Source of the DNA: Thermoanaerobaculia bacterium
Lineage (GTDB): Bacteria; Acidobacteriota; Thermoanaerobaculia; Multivoradales; UBA5704
NCBI GenBank assembly: GCA_035644215.1
Contig: DASQPA010000125.1
Location: 1,472-65,471 of the forward strand
DNA: 64,000 bases
Reading direction: 5' to 3'
Below the pieces are notes generated by a model. It saw nothing but the letters and a program-made list of their open reading frames with translations, ran no database searches and was not told the DNA's origin. Every line of letters starts with the position of its first letter. Within the stretch, counting starts at the first letter, position 1. A program made the position numbers and the translations under genes. Shown piece after piece: positions 37,449 to 45,354 of the stretch.

Positions 37449-40375
37449 GGTACGGGCGGGTCCTGCTCGCCGGGCTGTGGATCGCGTTCTCGGCGAGCAC
37501 GCGTGCCGCTTGGCCGCAGCCGCCGACCCCGACGCCGGCGATCGACGCCGAGGAGCCGCCGCCCAGCGCCCTGGAGGCCGCGGCGGCCCCCATCGTCGCC
37601 GCGATCGAGGTGCGGAGCGACGCGCCGCTCGCCGACGATCGGGATTTCGACTCGCTCTTGGACTTCACCGTCGGCGAGCCGCTCACCGACCTCCGGGTGC
37701 GGCGCACCCTGCGCAACCTCCAGGCGAGCGGCCGCGGCACCGAGGTCGAGCTCTACACCCGGCCGGCCGGCGAAACGGGGGTGGTGGCCGTCATCGTGCT
37801 GCGCGCCGCCGTCCAGGTCGCCGCGGTCGAGATCGTCGGGATGGCCGCCCCCACCGCCGCCAATACCGCCAATACCGCCACTGCCCCAACCCCCGCCGCC
37901 GGCTCGCTCGGCCTGTCCAGGGACGACCTCTACGACGCCCTCGCCCAGCGCGCCGGCCAGCCGCTCTCGGAGGACCAGGTGCTCTCCGGCGTCCACAACC
38001 TGGAGAAGCTCTACGACGAGCGCGGCTTCCTGGACGCCAAGGTGCGGGTGCAGGTCGCGGTCGATCCGGCGACCCGGCGGGCGACGGTCACCTACCAGGT
38101 CGACAGCGGCCCCCAGGCGGTCGTCGACCGCATCGAGTTCGCGGGAGCGATCGCCCCCTTCCCCCCCCAGGACCTGGAAAAGGCGCTGGCCCTGAAGAAG
38201 GGCTCGACCTTCACCCGTGGCAGCGCCGAGGGGAGCGCCGAAAAGCTCCAGCGCTGGCTCATCTCCCAGCACTACAACCTGGCCCGGGTCCAGCCGCCGC
38301 GGGTCGACTCCGCGTCGGCCGGCAAGGTCCACCTCACCTATCCGGTCGATCTCGGCGCCCGCCTGGAGGTCGAGGTCAAGGGCGCCGCGTTCGACCGGCT
38401 GCAGAAGGACGGCCTCCTCTCCTTCCTGGGACCCGAGGGTTACGACGAGGCCCTGGTGCAGCAGGCGCTGGGCAAGATCAAGGACGCCTACCAGAAGGAC
38501 GGCTACTATTACGTCCAGGCCGACGCGGTGAAGACCCTGGCGGGCGGCGTCCTCCACCTGACCCTGACTGTTCAGCCGGGGGGGCGCTACACCCTGGAGG
38601 GCATCCACTTCCAGGGCAACCAGGGGGTCTCCGACAACGACCTCGCCCATCTCATGGCGGTCTCCGAGAAGCGGCTCCTCTCGCTGGGGAGCGGCCGGCT
38701 GGTGGACTCGGTGCTCGTCCAGGACCTCGACAACATCCGCTCCTACTACGCGAGCCAGGGCTACACCGAGGCCAAGGTCGGCCCGCCGCGGGTCGAGGAA
38801 AAGGGCGACCGGCTGGACCTCACCATCCCGATCGTCGAGGGGGCGCGCCAGCAGGTGGGGCAGATGAAGTTCGAAGGCATCGACGCCCTCGATCTCAATG
38901 CGCTCAAGGCCCAGCTGCCGCTCCACGCCGGCGGCCCCTTCCACCCCGCGCTCCTGGACCTCACCCTGGACGCCGTGCGCTCGGCCTACGCCGACCGCGG
39001 CTTCGACGCCGCCCAGGTCTCGGCGACGCCCGACTGGGATTCGGCCCACACCCGGGTCGACCTCACCATCTCGGTCATCGAGGGGCCGCAGGCGGTGGTC
39101 GACCGCATCATCGTGCGCGGCAACCAGCGCACCCACACCGACGTCATCGTGCGCACCGCCGGCCTGGCGCGTGGCAAGCCGGTCTCCCGGAGCCGCCTCC
39201 TGGAGGCCGAGCGCAGCCTCTATCGCCTGGGGATCTTCTCGCGCGTCAGCGTCGATCTGACCCGTGCCGGGCTCGGGGTTTCGGGGCGCGACGTGATCAT
39301 CCGGGTCGAGGAGGGCAAGTCGAAGACCCTGACCTACGGCCTCGGCTATGCCACCGACGAAGGGATCCGCGCCACCGTCGGCTACACCTACGGCAACGTC
39401 GGCGGCCTGGCCTACAGCCTGTCGACCGACCTCCGCTACTCCCAGCGCCAGGACCGGATCGCCCGCATCCTCTTCGACCAGCCCACCTTCTTCCAGTTCC
39501 CGGTCCCGGTCACCTCGTCGCTCTTCTACATCGTGACCGACGACCCGAACAAGGGTTTCACGGTGACCAAGTACGGGGCGCGCACCCAGGCGAACAAGAG
39601 GATCGGCCACTTGCACTACAGCCTGGGCCTCGACTACCGGGTGGACAAGGTGAAGCTGGACCAGGGCGTGCCGTTGAACAACCTGGAGCGGCAGGACCGC
39701 CCGTACTCCATCGCGAGCGTCATCCCGAGCGTCCTCCTCGACTACCGCGACGACCCGCTGGTGCCGACCCGCGGCTGGAGCTCGCTCCTCCAGCCCCAGT
39801 TCTCGGGCCCCATCCTGGGCTCGGACGCCAAGTTCCTGAAGGTCTTCTTCCAGCAGACGCAGCTCGTGAACCTCGGCCGGCCGGGGGTGCTCGCGGGGGG
39901 CCTGCGGCTGGGGGCGATCGAGCCCTTCCGCACCCTGCCGACCTCCGATCCGGAAGTCGCGGGGCTGCCGTCGAGCAACGTCTTCGTCGACGAGCGCTTC
40001 TTCGCCGGTGGCCCGACCACCCACCGAGCCTACGACCCGGACCTCCTGGGCCTCCTGGGCAAGACTCTCTTCCCCACTCCCGGCAAGACCAACCAGTTTT
40101 CGCCGGTGGGCGGCGACGGGCTGATGCTGGTCAACCTCGACTACCGTTTCCCCATCGCCGGCAGCTTCGGTGGCACCCTCTTCTTCGACAGCGGCAACGT
40201 CTGGGCCGACTGGCGGGACATCAACACCCGCGACCTGAAATCCGGGGTCGGCATCGGCGCGCGCTACGTCTCCCCCATCGGCCCCCTGCGCTTCGACATC
40301 GGCTGGAAGCTCAACCGCGAGCGCGGCGAGAAGGCCTCGCCGGTGCTTTCGTTCTCGTTCGGGAATCCATTCTAG
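37445..40375 (+). CDS. Omp85-family outer-membrane protein assembly factor (BamA/TamA-like) with POTRA repeats
   Basis: The likely TTG start overlaps the tamB TGA and gives the signal peptide MRYGRVLLAGLWIAFSASTRA. A Pro/Ala-rich linker, multiple POTRA-like repeats and a C-terminal beta-barrel ending ...SFGNPF follow. Confidence 0.85.
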   Translation: MRYGRVLLAGLWIAFSASTRAAWPQPPTPTPAIDAEEPPPSALEAAAAPIVAAIEVRSDAPLADDRDFDSLLDFTVGEPLTDLRVRRTLRNLQASGRGTEVELYTRPAGETGVVAVIVLRAAVQVAAVEIVGMAAPTAANTANTATAPTPAAGSLGLSRDDLYDALAQRAGQPLSEDQVLSGVHNLEKLYDERGFLDAKVRVQVAVDPATRRATVTYQVDSGPQAVVDRIEFAGAIAPFPPQDLEKALALKKGSTFTRGSAEGSAEKLQRWLISQHYNLARVQPPRVDSASAGKVHLTYPVDLGARLEVEVKGAAFDRLQKDGLLSFLGPEGYDEALVQQALGKIKDAYQKDGYYYVQADAVKTLAGGVLHLTLTVQPGGRYTLEGIHFQGNQGVSDNDLAHLMAVSEKRLLSLGSGRLVDSVLVQDLDNIRSYYASQGYTEAKVGPPRVEEKGDRLDLTIPIVEGARQQVGQMKFEGIDALDLNALKAQLPLHAGGPFHPALLDLTLDAVRSAYADRGFDAAQVSATPDWDSAHTRVDLTISVIEGPQAVVDRIIVRGNQRTHTDVIVRTAGLARGKPVSRSRLLEAERSLYRLGIFSRVSVDLTRAGLGVSGRDVIIRVEEGKSKTLTYGLGYATDEGIRATVGYTYGNVGGLAYSLSTDLRYSQRQDRIARILFDQPTFFQFPVPVTSSLFYIVTDDPNKGFTVTKYGARTQANKRIGHLHYSLGLDYRVDKVKLDQGVPLNNLERQDRPYSIASVIPSVLLDYRDDPLVPTRGWSSLLQPQFSGPILGSDAKFLKVFFQQTQLVNLGRPGVLAGGLRLGAIEPFRTLPTSDPEVAGLPSSNVFVDERFFAGGPTTHRAYDPDLLGLLGKTLFPTPGKTNQFSPVGGDGLMLVNLDYRFPIAGSFGGTLFFDSGNVWADWRDINTRDLKSGVGIGARYVSPIGPLRFDIGWKLNRERGEKASPVLSFSFGNPF

Positions 40376-40395
40376 GGCAGGAGGGGGCCAGCAGG

Positions 40396-40413
40396 GCCGG
40401 CACCCGATCCGCG
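40396..40413. repeat. 18-bp direct repeat copy 1 (GCCGGCACCCGATCCGCG) flanking brnA
   Basis: A perfect match to 40780-40797. Confidence 0.85.
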
Positions 40414-40464
40414 GGCGCCTCGGCGGCAGCGGTTCCAGGGTTTTCGTGCACGGGTAGGATCGAT

Positions 40465-40716
40465 CTACCCCGTCCGAAGCTCTTCCCGGATCACTCGCCG
40501 CAGAGTCTCTTCCAGCGGCTCGCGCTCCTTCTTGACGTACTCCTGGAGCGCAGCGTTGATCAAGGTCTGGTAGTTGCCGCCGCCAGCAGCATGTACCTTG
40601 TCCTTGAACCACTGCAGCACCTCGTCATCGAGGCGAATGGTGATCCGCGTTTTCCCTGGAGTGGGCGAAACGACGGGGCCGCGCTTTGCCTTGCTGAAGT
40701 CGTATTCTTTCCTCAT
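40465..40716 (-). CDS. BrnA-family antitoxin (type II TA), with no adjacent BrnT
   Basis: MRKEYDFSKAKRGPV...RITIRLDDEVLQWFK...GYQTLINAALQEYV is the typical BrnA sequence. Confidence 0.75.
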   Translation of the reverse strand: MRKEYDFSKAKRGPVVSPTPGKTRITIRLDDEVLQWFKDKVHAAGGGNYQTLINAALQEYVKKEREPLEETLRRVIREELRTG

Positions 40717-40779
40717 CTGCCTACCTCATACTCTCGGCGTTCCCGGCTGGTGGCATTCCGGGGTATAGACCGAACCACC

Positions 40780-40797
40780 GCCGGCACCCGATCCGCG
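40780..40797. repeat. 18-bp direct repeat copy 2 (GCCGGCACCCGATCCGCG)
   Basis: A perfect match to 40396-40413. The pair brackets a 366-bp segment that holds only brnA. Confidence 0.85.
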
Positions 40798-40804
40798 AGA
40801 CAGG

Positions 40805-41041
40805 CTACAACTCGTCGCCGGGGTCCGGAGCGATATCGGGCACCTTTGCGAGCGCGGCCAAGAATTTCTCGCGGCTGCCTTGTCGGGCCCTCTCCTCGAG
40901 GTAGTCGACGGTCATCAAGGCCGCCATCTTCTCCGCGACGGCCGAACTGATGAACTGATTGATCGAGATACCCTCATGCTGGGCGAGATCCCGAACCCGC
41001 TTATGCAAAGAGTCCGGCAACCTGAGACTGAGAGTGCTCAT
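40805..41041 (-). CDS. ribbon-helix-helix (CopG/Arc/HicB-C-like) antitoxin-like DNA-binding protein
   Basis: MSTLSLRLPDSLHKRVRDLAQHEGISINQFISSAVAEKMAAL matches the RHH pattern. Its start overlaps the upstream gene's stop (ATGA). Confidence 0.6.
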   Translation of the reverse strand: MSTLSLRLPDSLHKRVRDLAQHEGISINQFISSAVAEKMAALMTVDYLEERARQGSREKFLAALAKVPDIAPDPGDEL

Positions 41042-41286
41042 CGCTGCTCCTCTACCTCCTCTTCACGCTGCTTCAGATTGGTTTCGACGGCAACCGTCTC
41101 AAAAGCATCCAAGTAATCCGCAGTACCGTGTGTCTCCCAGAATTCGGCCGCCTCTCCGTAACTGGCGAATTCATCCGGCAGCGGTTCAACCTGCTTTTTC
41201 TTGCTCAAGGCGCGCTCTCCCTCTTCCATTAACGCCCCACTTCTGCTACTCTTTCCCACCTTGGGAGGAGCGTCCTCCCAACCCAA
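41038..41286 (-). CDS. CopG_antitoxin-family protein (EFWETH motif; BrnA-related antitoxin class)
   Basis: ...ASYGEAAEFWETHGTADYLDAFETV... is the motif recalled for the PF12441-type antitoxin family. A GGGAGG SD lies upstream. Confidence 0.55.
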   Translation of the reverse strand: MGWEDAPPKVGKSSRSGALMEEGERALSKKKQVEPLPDEFASYGEAAEFWETHGTADYLDAFETVAVETNLKQREEEVEEQR

Positions 41287-41351
41287 TCAAGCGGGGCCGG
41301 CCCGAGCTCGCAACTCGAACCGACCCCTGACCACGCAGAGGAGGCAACCTC

Positions 41352-41879
41352 ATGCGCAGCTCCCACGATGTTACCAGTGTCCCCGCCCCACCCCTCGACA
41401 ACGCCTTCGCCCCTGCCTACCTGGCCCGCCTGCGCGAGCAGGACGACGTCCTGACCGCCGCCGAGGCCGAGCTTGCCGGTCCCTGGAAGATCGAGCCTGT
41501 CCCCGGCAAACCGGGAGCGGTCGCCATTCTTCGTCTGTGGGAGGACCTGGCAATCGGCGATGCTCCCGTCGCCGTCCTCTGGCACCTGGAGACGGCGCGA
41601 CTTCTCTCCGTGCTCCTCCCGGTGCTCGACCGTGAGCCGCTCTTCTATATAGAGGAAGGGGCGGCTTCGGAGGGCTACCCCCTGGTCGCGGTGTTCGGCG
41701 AGCAGGGTCCCCAGGTCGCCGGCTGGCTCGACCGCCACGAGCCGCGGTGGTCCGAGGGACTCCACCTGCTGGAGGCGATCGTCCGCTCGCCTCTCGCCCT
41801 CGCCACCCTGCTCGAAGCGGCCGGGCCGGGCGCCGAGGAGCAGGTCGGGCGCATCCGTGCTCGGCGGCAACGAGCGTAA
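41352..41879 (+). CDS. hypothetical protein
   Basis: 175-aa ORF with GAGGAGG 6 nt upstream and protein-like composition. No recognisable domain. Confidence 0.5.
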   Translation: MRSSHDVTSVPAPPLDNAFAPAYLARLREQDDVLTAAEAELAGPWKIEPVPGKPGAVAILRLWEDLAIGDAPVAVLWHLETARLLSVLLPVLDREPLFYIEEGAASEGYPLVAVFGEQGPQVAGWLDRHEPRWSEGLHLLEAIVRSPLALATLLEAAGPGAEEQVGRIRARRQRA

Positions 41880-42121
41880 GGTCGCTGGAAGCGATTCGAG
41901 AAACAGGGGCGGCGCTCCAAACGCCGCCCCATCGCATTCCTGGCAAGTTGCAGACGGCGGAAGCCGTTCCGCAACCGTCGCGGACATCGCCGCAGCCCCC
42001 GAGAACCCTCCCGCAGTGACCGCCGAACCCTCCAGGATCCTTGGGAAGCCTGATTTCGCGCCCGCGGAGCCCGGCGCGAGCGTCGCGGAGCGCGCCGAGC
42101 GGCCGGAGAGTCGTCCCCAGG

Positions 42122-42426
42122 GCTTCGGGAACGATGGGGAAGACTCCCCTCAAATTGGGGAAGCGTCGCCTGATTTTGGGGAAGGGCTGCCCAATTTCGG
42201 GGGAGTGTTCCCCAATTTCGGGGAACCGCTCCCCGAAGTTGGGGAAGAGTTCCCCAAGATTGGGGAAGTGTTCCCCGAAATCGGGGAGGTCTTCCCCAAT
42301 TTCGGGGAGAGGCTGCCCAATTTGGGGGAAGGCTTCCCTCAAATTGGGGAAGCGTCGCCCAATTTCGGGGAACCCTTCCCCGATTTGGGGGGAGACTTCC
42401 CCAATTTCGGGGGAGGTTTCCCCCGG
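42122..42426. repeat. tandem array, about 15 copies of a 21-nt unit (consensus sTTCCCCAATTTCGGGGAAGn)
   Basis: Read directly. Each unit is a TTCCCC-N6-GGGGAA inverted repeat. The array is intergenic, about 145 nt upstream of the 42572 gene. Confidence 0.9.
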
Positions 42427-42571
42427 CTCGCGGCGACACTCCAGCGGTGGGGGTGGACCGGCAAGCATCCGGCGTCCCTCGGAACCGCCCGCCGACGGTA
42501 GCACAGCCGGTGCCGTCCGGTGCCGACCCCTTATATAGTATTGGGCAGGTCCATCCCGGCGACAGGAGAGA

Positions 42572-43978
42572 GTGCCCATGCGTGCCCAGAAGCAGGCTCA
42601 ACTCCAGGAATCCTCGGCCTCCCCGCTGAAGCCGAGCGCCCCGGCCGCGGGGACGAGCCGGGACGAGCACCCGATCCTCAGCCTGCAGCGCACGGTGGGG
42701 AACCAGGCCGTGCAGCGGCGGCTCCAGATCCGCCAGCCCCTCCCCGCCACCACGCTCGCCCGGGACGACCCCAAGCCGGCGACGCCGGCCAAGCCGACGA
42801 CGCCGACGGATACCGAGCTGTGCAAGAACCCCTTCACCATCGACGAGAAGATCCGCTGCGAGCTCTTGAAGAAGCCGCCGGAGACCGACGCGGCGGCGAC
42901 CGAGACGTGGAAGCAGAACCTGCGCGACCTGTTCAAGAGCGCCTCCCCGGCCCAGACCGCGCAGGACCTCCATACCCGGCTGACCGCCAAGCTCGACGAC
43001 GCGTTCACCCTCTACTTCCGGGAGCAGTTCGGCCTCGCCGACCGGACCGAGATGCTGACCCTCCTGGCCGCCAACTTCCTCCCCGCGCCGGGGACCAAGC
43101 CGAAGGCCGTCACCAGCGAGACGATCGGCGACAAGACCGCCGCGGCCGCCGGGTCGTTCCCCCCCAGCATCCAGTTCGGGGTGGCGATGGGGAACGACCT
43201 CCAGGGGGACGGCGTGCTGTTCAACCCGGAATTCTGGGTCGTCGAGTACATCGCGAAGTTCGGGCAGCAGGAGAAGGTGTTCCGCTCGTCGAAGAGTCAG
43301 GCCGCGGTCCTCCCCCAGCTGCACGACTTCATCGAGAAGAACCCGACCTGGGGCACCGCGGACACCTCGGTGTGGATCCGGGTGAAGGTCGGCGGGCACG
43401 GGGCGTCGGCGGCGATCGAGGACCTGTGGAACCCCGGCTCCACCCAGCACTATGCCTTCGAGTGCTACACGGCGGCCACCCTCATCCAGCTGCGCGGGTT
43501 CTACCTCTCCTATACCAGCGCGGCGAGCGAGGTCACGATCGGCCGGGCGGCCTTCAACCGGGATTACGATGCCTTCCAGCTCGAGCGGCAGCCCAACCTA
43601 CCTCCCACCAGCAGCCTGAACCCCAAGCTGGAGATCAAGAAGCTCAGCCGGAAGTACCTCATCTCGGAGACCAGCGCCTTCCAGGGCGAGCTCAAGAAAG
43701 GGGACGAGGTCCCTATCCAGAACCCCTACCTGGGCTCGCCTTGGGGGGTGGAGAACTCGATCTACCTGGGCGGCGACGAGTTCTTCGCCTTCCCGAAGGG
43801 GAAGCTCACGGTCGACGAGTACGTCAACTGGGTCGCCAACATCGCCCCCTCCTATGTCACCGCCGCCGCGGCGAAGGAGCTGCCGAAGGACCTGGAGGCG
43901 CGCAAGGAGTACGTCCGCAAAAACTCCTATCTCGAGACCTGCAGCCGGCCCAAGGCGCAGAACGTCGACCTCCCGTAA
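42572..43978 (+). CDS. hypothetical protein with a DUF4157-type N-terminal leader motif (LQRTVGNQAVQRRLQ) but no HExxH; the C-terminal roughly 380 aa are unassigned
   Basis: 468 aa. Residues about 35-50 match the conserved N-terminal motif of DUF4157-family proteins (recalled). A Pro/Thr/Lys-rich linker follows, then a globular region (..HYAFECYTAATL..) that matches nothing known. Confidence 0.6.
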   Translation: MPMRAQKQAQLQESSASPLKPSAPAAGTSRDEHPILSLQRTVGNQAVQRRLQIRQPLPATTLARDDPKPATPAKPTTPTDTELCKNPFTIDEKIRCELLKKPPETDAAATETWKQNLRDLFKSASPAQTAQDLHTRLTAKLDDAFTLYFREQFGLADRTEMLTLLAANFLPAPGTKPKAVTSETIGDKTAAAAGSFPPSIQFGVAMGNDLQGDGVLFNPEFWVVEYIAKFGQQEKVFRSSKSQAAVLPQLHDFIEKNPTWGTADTSVWIRVKVGGHGASAAIEDLWNPGSTQHYAFECYTAATLIQLRGFYLSYTSAASEVTIGRAAFNRDYDAFQLERQPNLPPTSSLNPKLEIKKLSRKYLISETSAFQGELKKGDEVPIQNPYLGSPWGVENSIYLGGDEFFAFPKGKLTVDEYVNWVANIAPSYVTAAAAKELPKDLEARKEYVRKNSYLETCSRPKAQNVDLP

Positions 43979-43999
43979 GCCGGCGGTCGACCCGGCTCG

Positions 44000-45283
44000 C
44001 TACGGCAGAAACGGCCGCGTCACCCCCGGCCGGGCCTGCCGCCGGATCTCCTCCTCCACCCGCTTGCGGCCGTGGAGGCCGACCTCGCGCAGGTCGGCGC
44101 GCGGGTGGGCGGCGAGGGCGGCGTAGGCGCGGTCCCGCTCCTGCCAGCGGTCGGTCCCGACGGTGCTGCGGAAGAGCGAGGCCTCGGCCACCTCGCGCGG
44201 CCCGTGGCCGCTGTCCAAGGCGGCCAGGGCCAGCTCCTCCCAGATCGCCTCGGGGGTGCGGCGCAGGGGGGCCAGGTGGTAGGCCGCGAGGGCCGGCAGG
44301 GCGAGGAGCCGGCGGAAGAGGTCGGCGTCCCCCCCCACCAGGTGCGGCAGGAGCGACTGGAGGAAGGGGGCCTCGTGGAGAACCCCGAGGAGCCGCTCCC
44401 GGCGCTCGCGGTCGAGCGCCTCGACCGCCTTGGCGAAAGGGCTGTCGGCGGAGAAGTAGACCGGCAGATCGGCGTCGGCGAGCCGGGCGGTGAGCCAGGC
44501 GTAGGCGAGGTCCGGATTCCCGCCGAGGACGAGCCGCAGGCCGAACTGGAGACCGACCGTCTCCGGCGTCTCCTCGTACTCGGCGGTGCGCGCCCGCAAG
44601 ACCGCGGCGGTCCAGTCGTCCTCGAGCTCCGGGCGCACCTCCCCCTGCGGCAGCGAGCTCCACTCGCCCAAGGCGGCGGCGAGCGCCGTCTGCCAGCGCC
44701 GGCTGGCGAGGAGCGCCCGCAGGCTGGGCAGGGGGAGCGACCGGCGGAGGGCCAGGGCCTCGGCCAGGAGGGGGGTGCGGGCCGCCTCCTCCAGGGCGCG
44801 TTCGAGCAGGTTGGGCGGCGCCGCCGCGAGCTCCAGGACCAGGGTCGCCGCTGTCTCGGCCAGGGGGTCCAGGGCCATCGCGCTCTCCAGCCGCCGCTCC
44901 CAGCCCGACCGCCGGCGCGCCACGTCCGCGGCGAGGAAGGCGGTCGCCGGTTCGTAGAGGCCCTGGGTGAGGAAGGCGTCGAGCCAGGCCTCCGGCCGTT
45001 CGACGGCGTCCGCCAGGGCCTGGGCGAACGCGCTGCGCTGGCGGCTCCCCGGCCGGCCCCAGAGCGCCGCCTTCTGGGCGTAGCCGGCAAGCCGGGTGGC
45101 GACCTCCTGGGGCGAGCGCTGGGCCCAGGCCGCCGCCAGCTCCGGCAGCGGCGCGGCGCCGGTCGGCGAGGCCGGCGCGGCCGGCGTGGCCGCACCCGCC
45201 CGCTCCTGGCCCGGCGGGTAGAGCAGATCGAAGACGGTATCCTCAGACGGTTTCAGATCGTTCCCTTCTGGTGGGGCGGACAT
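44000..45283 (-). CDS. hypothetical Ala/Leu-rich helical protein
   Basis: 427-aa ORF. The overlapping + ORF is G/R/E/Q-rich shadow. It is transcribed divergently from lanC-like 1, with a 72-nt gap. Confidence 0.55.
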   Translation of the reverse strand: MSAPPEGNDLKPSEDTVFDLLYPPGQERAGAATPAAPASPTGAAPLPELAAAWAQRSPQEVATRLAGYAQKAALWGRPGSRQRSAFAQALADAVERPEAWLDAFLTQGLYEPATAFLAADVARRRSGWERRLESAMALDPLAETAATLVLELAAAPPNLLERALEEAARTPLLAEALALRRSLPLPSLRALLASRRWQTALAAALGEWSSLPQGEVRPELEDDWTAAVLRARTAEYEETPETVGLQFGLRLVLGGNPDLAYAWLTARLADADLPVYFSADSPFAKAVEALDRERRERLLGVLHEAPFLQSLLPHLVGGDADLFRRLLALPALAAYHLAPLRRTPEAIWEELALAALDSGHGPREVAEASLFRSTVGTDRWQERDRAYAALAAHPRADLREVGLHGRKRVEEEIRRQARPGVTRPFLP

Positions 45284-45354
45284 TCTAACTCCGCGTCGAG
45301 TCGGCTAAGCTACGCCCTCAACGCTCTCGACCAGGAGCGCCGCGAGGATATGCC

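Noticed and set aside
40376-41351. Search for a BrnT/RelE/ParE-type toxin next to the antitoxin genes
   Set aside because: The gaps are 88-90 nt with no ORF of 60 aa or more. The RHH protein at 40805-41041 does not resemble BrnT. The genes are treated as orphan antitoxins, or as an unrecognised pair.
6484-42426. CRISPR arrays as the explanation for the three repeat arrays
   Set aside because: The units are contiguous, with no unique spacers between repeats. The period (21 nt) is too short, and no cas genes are present.
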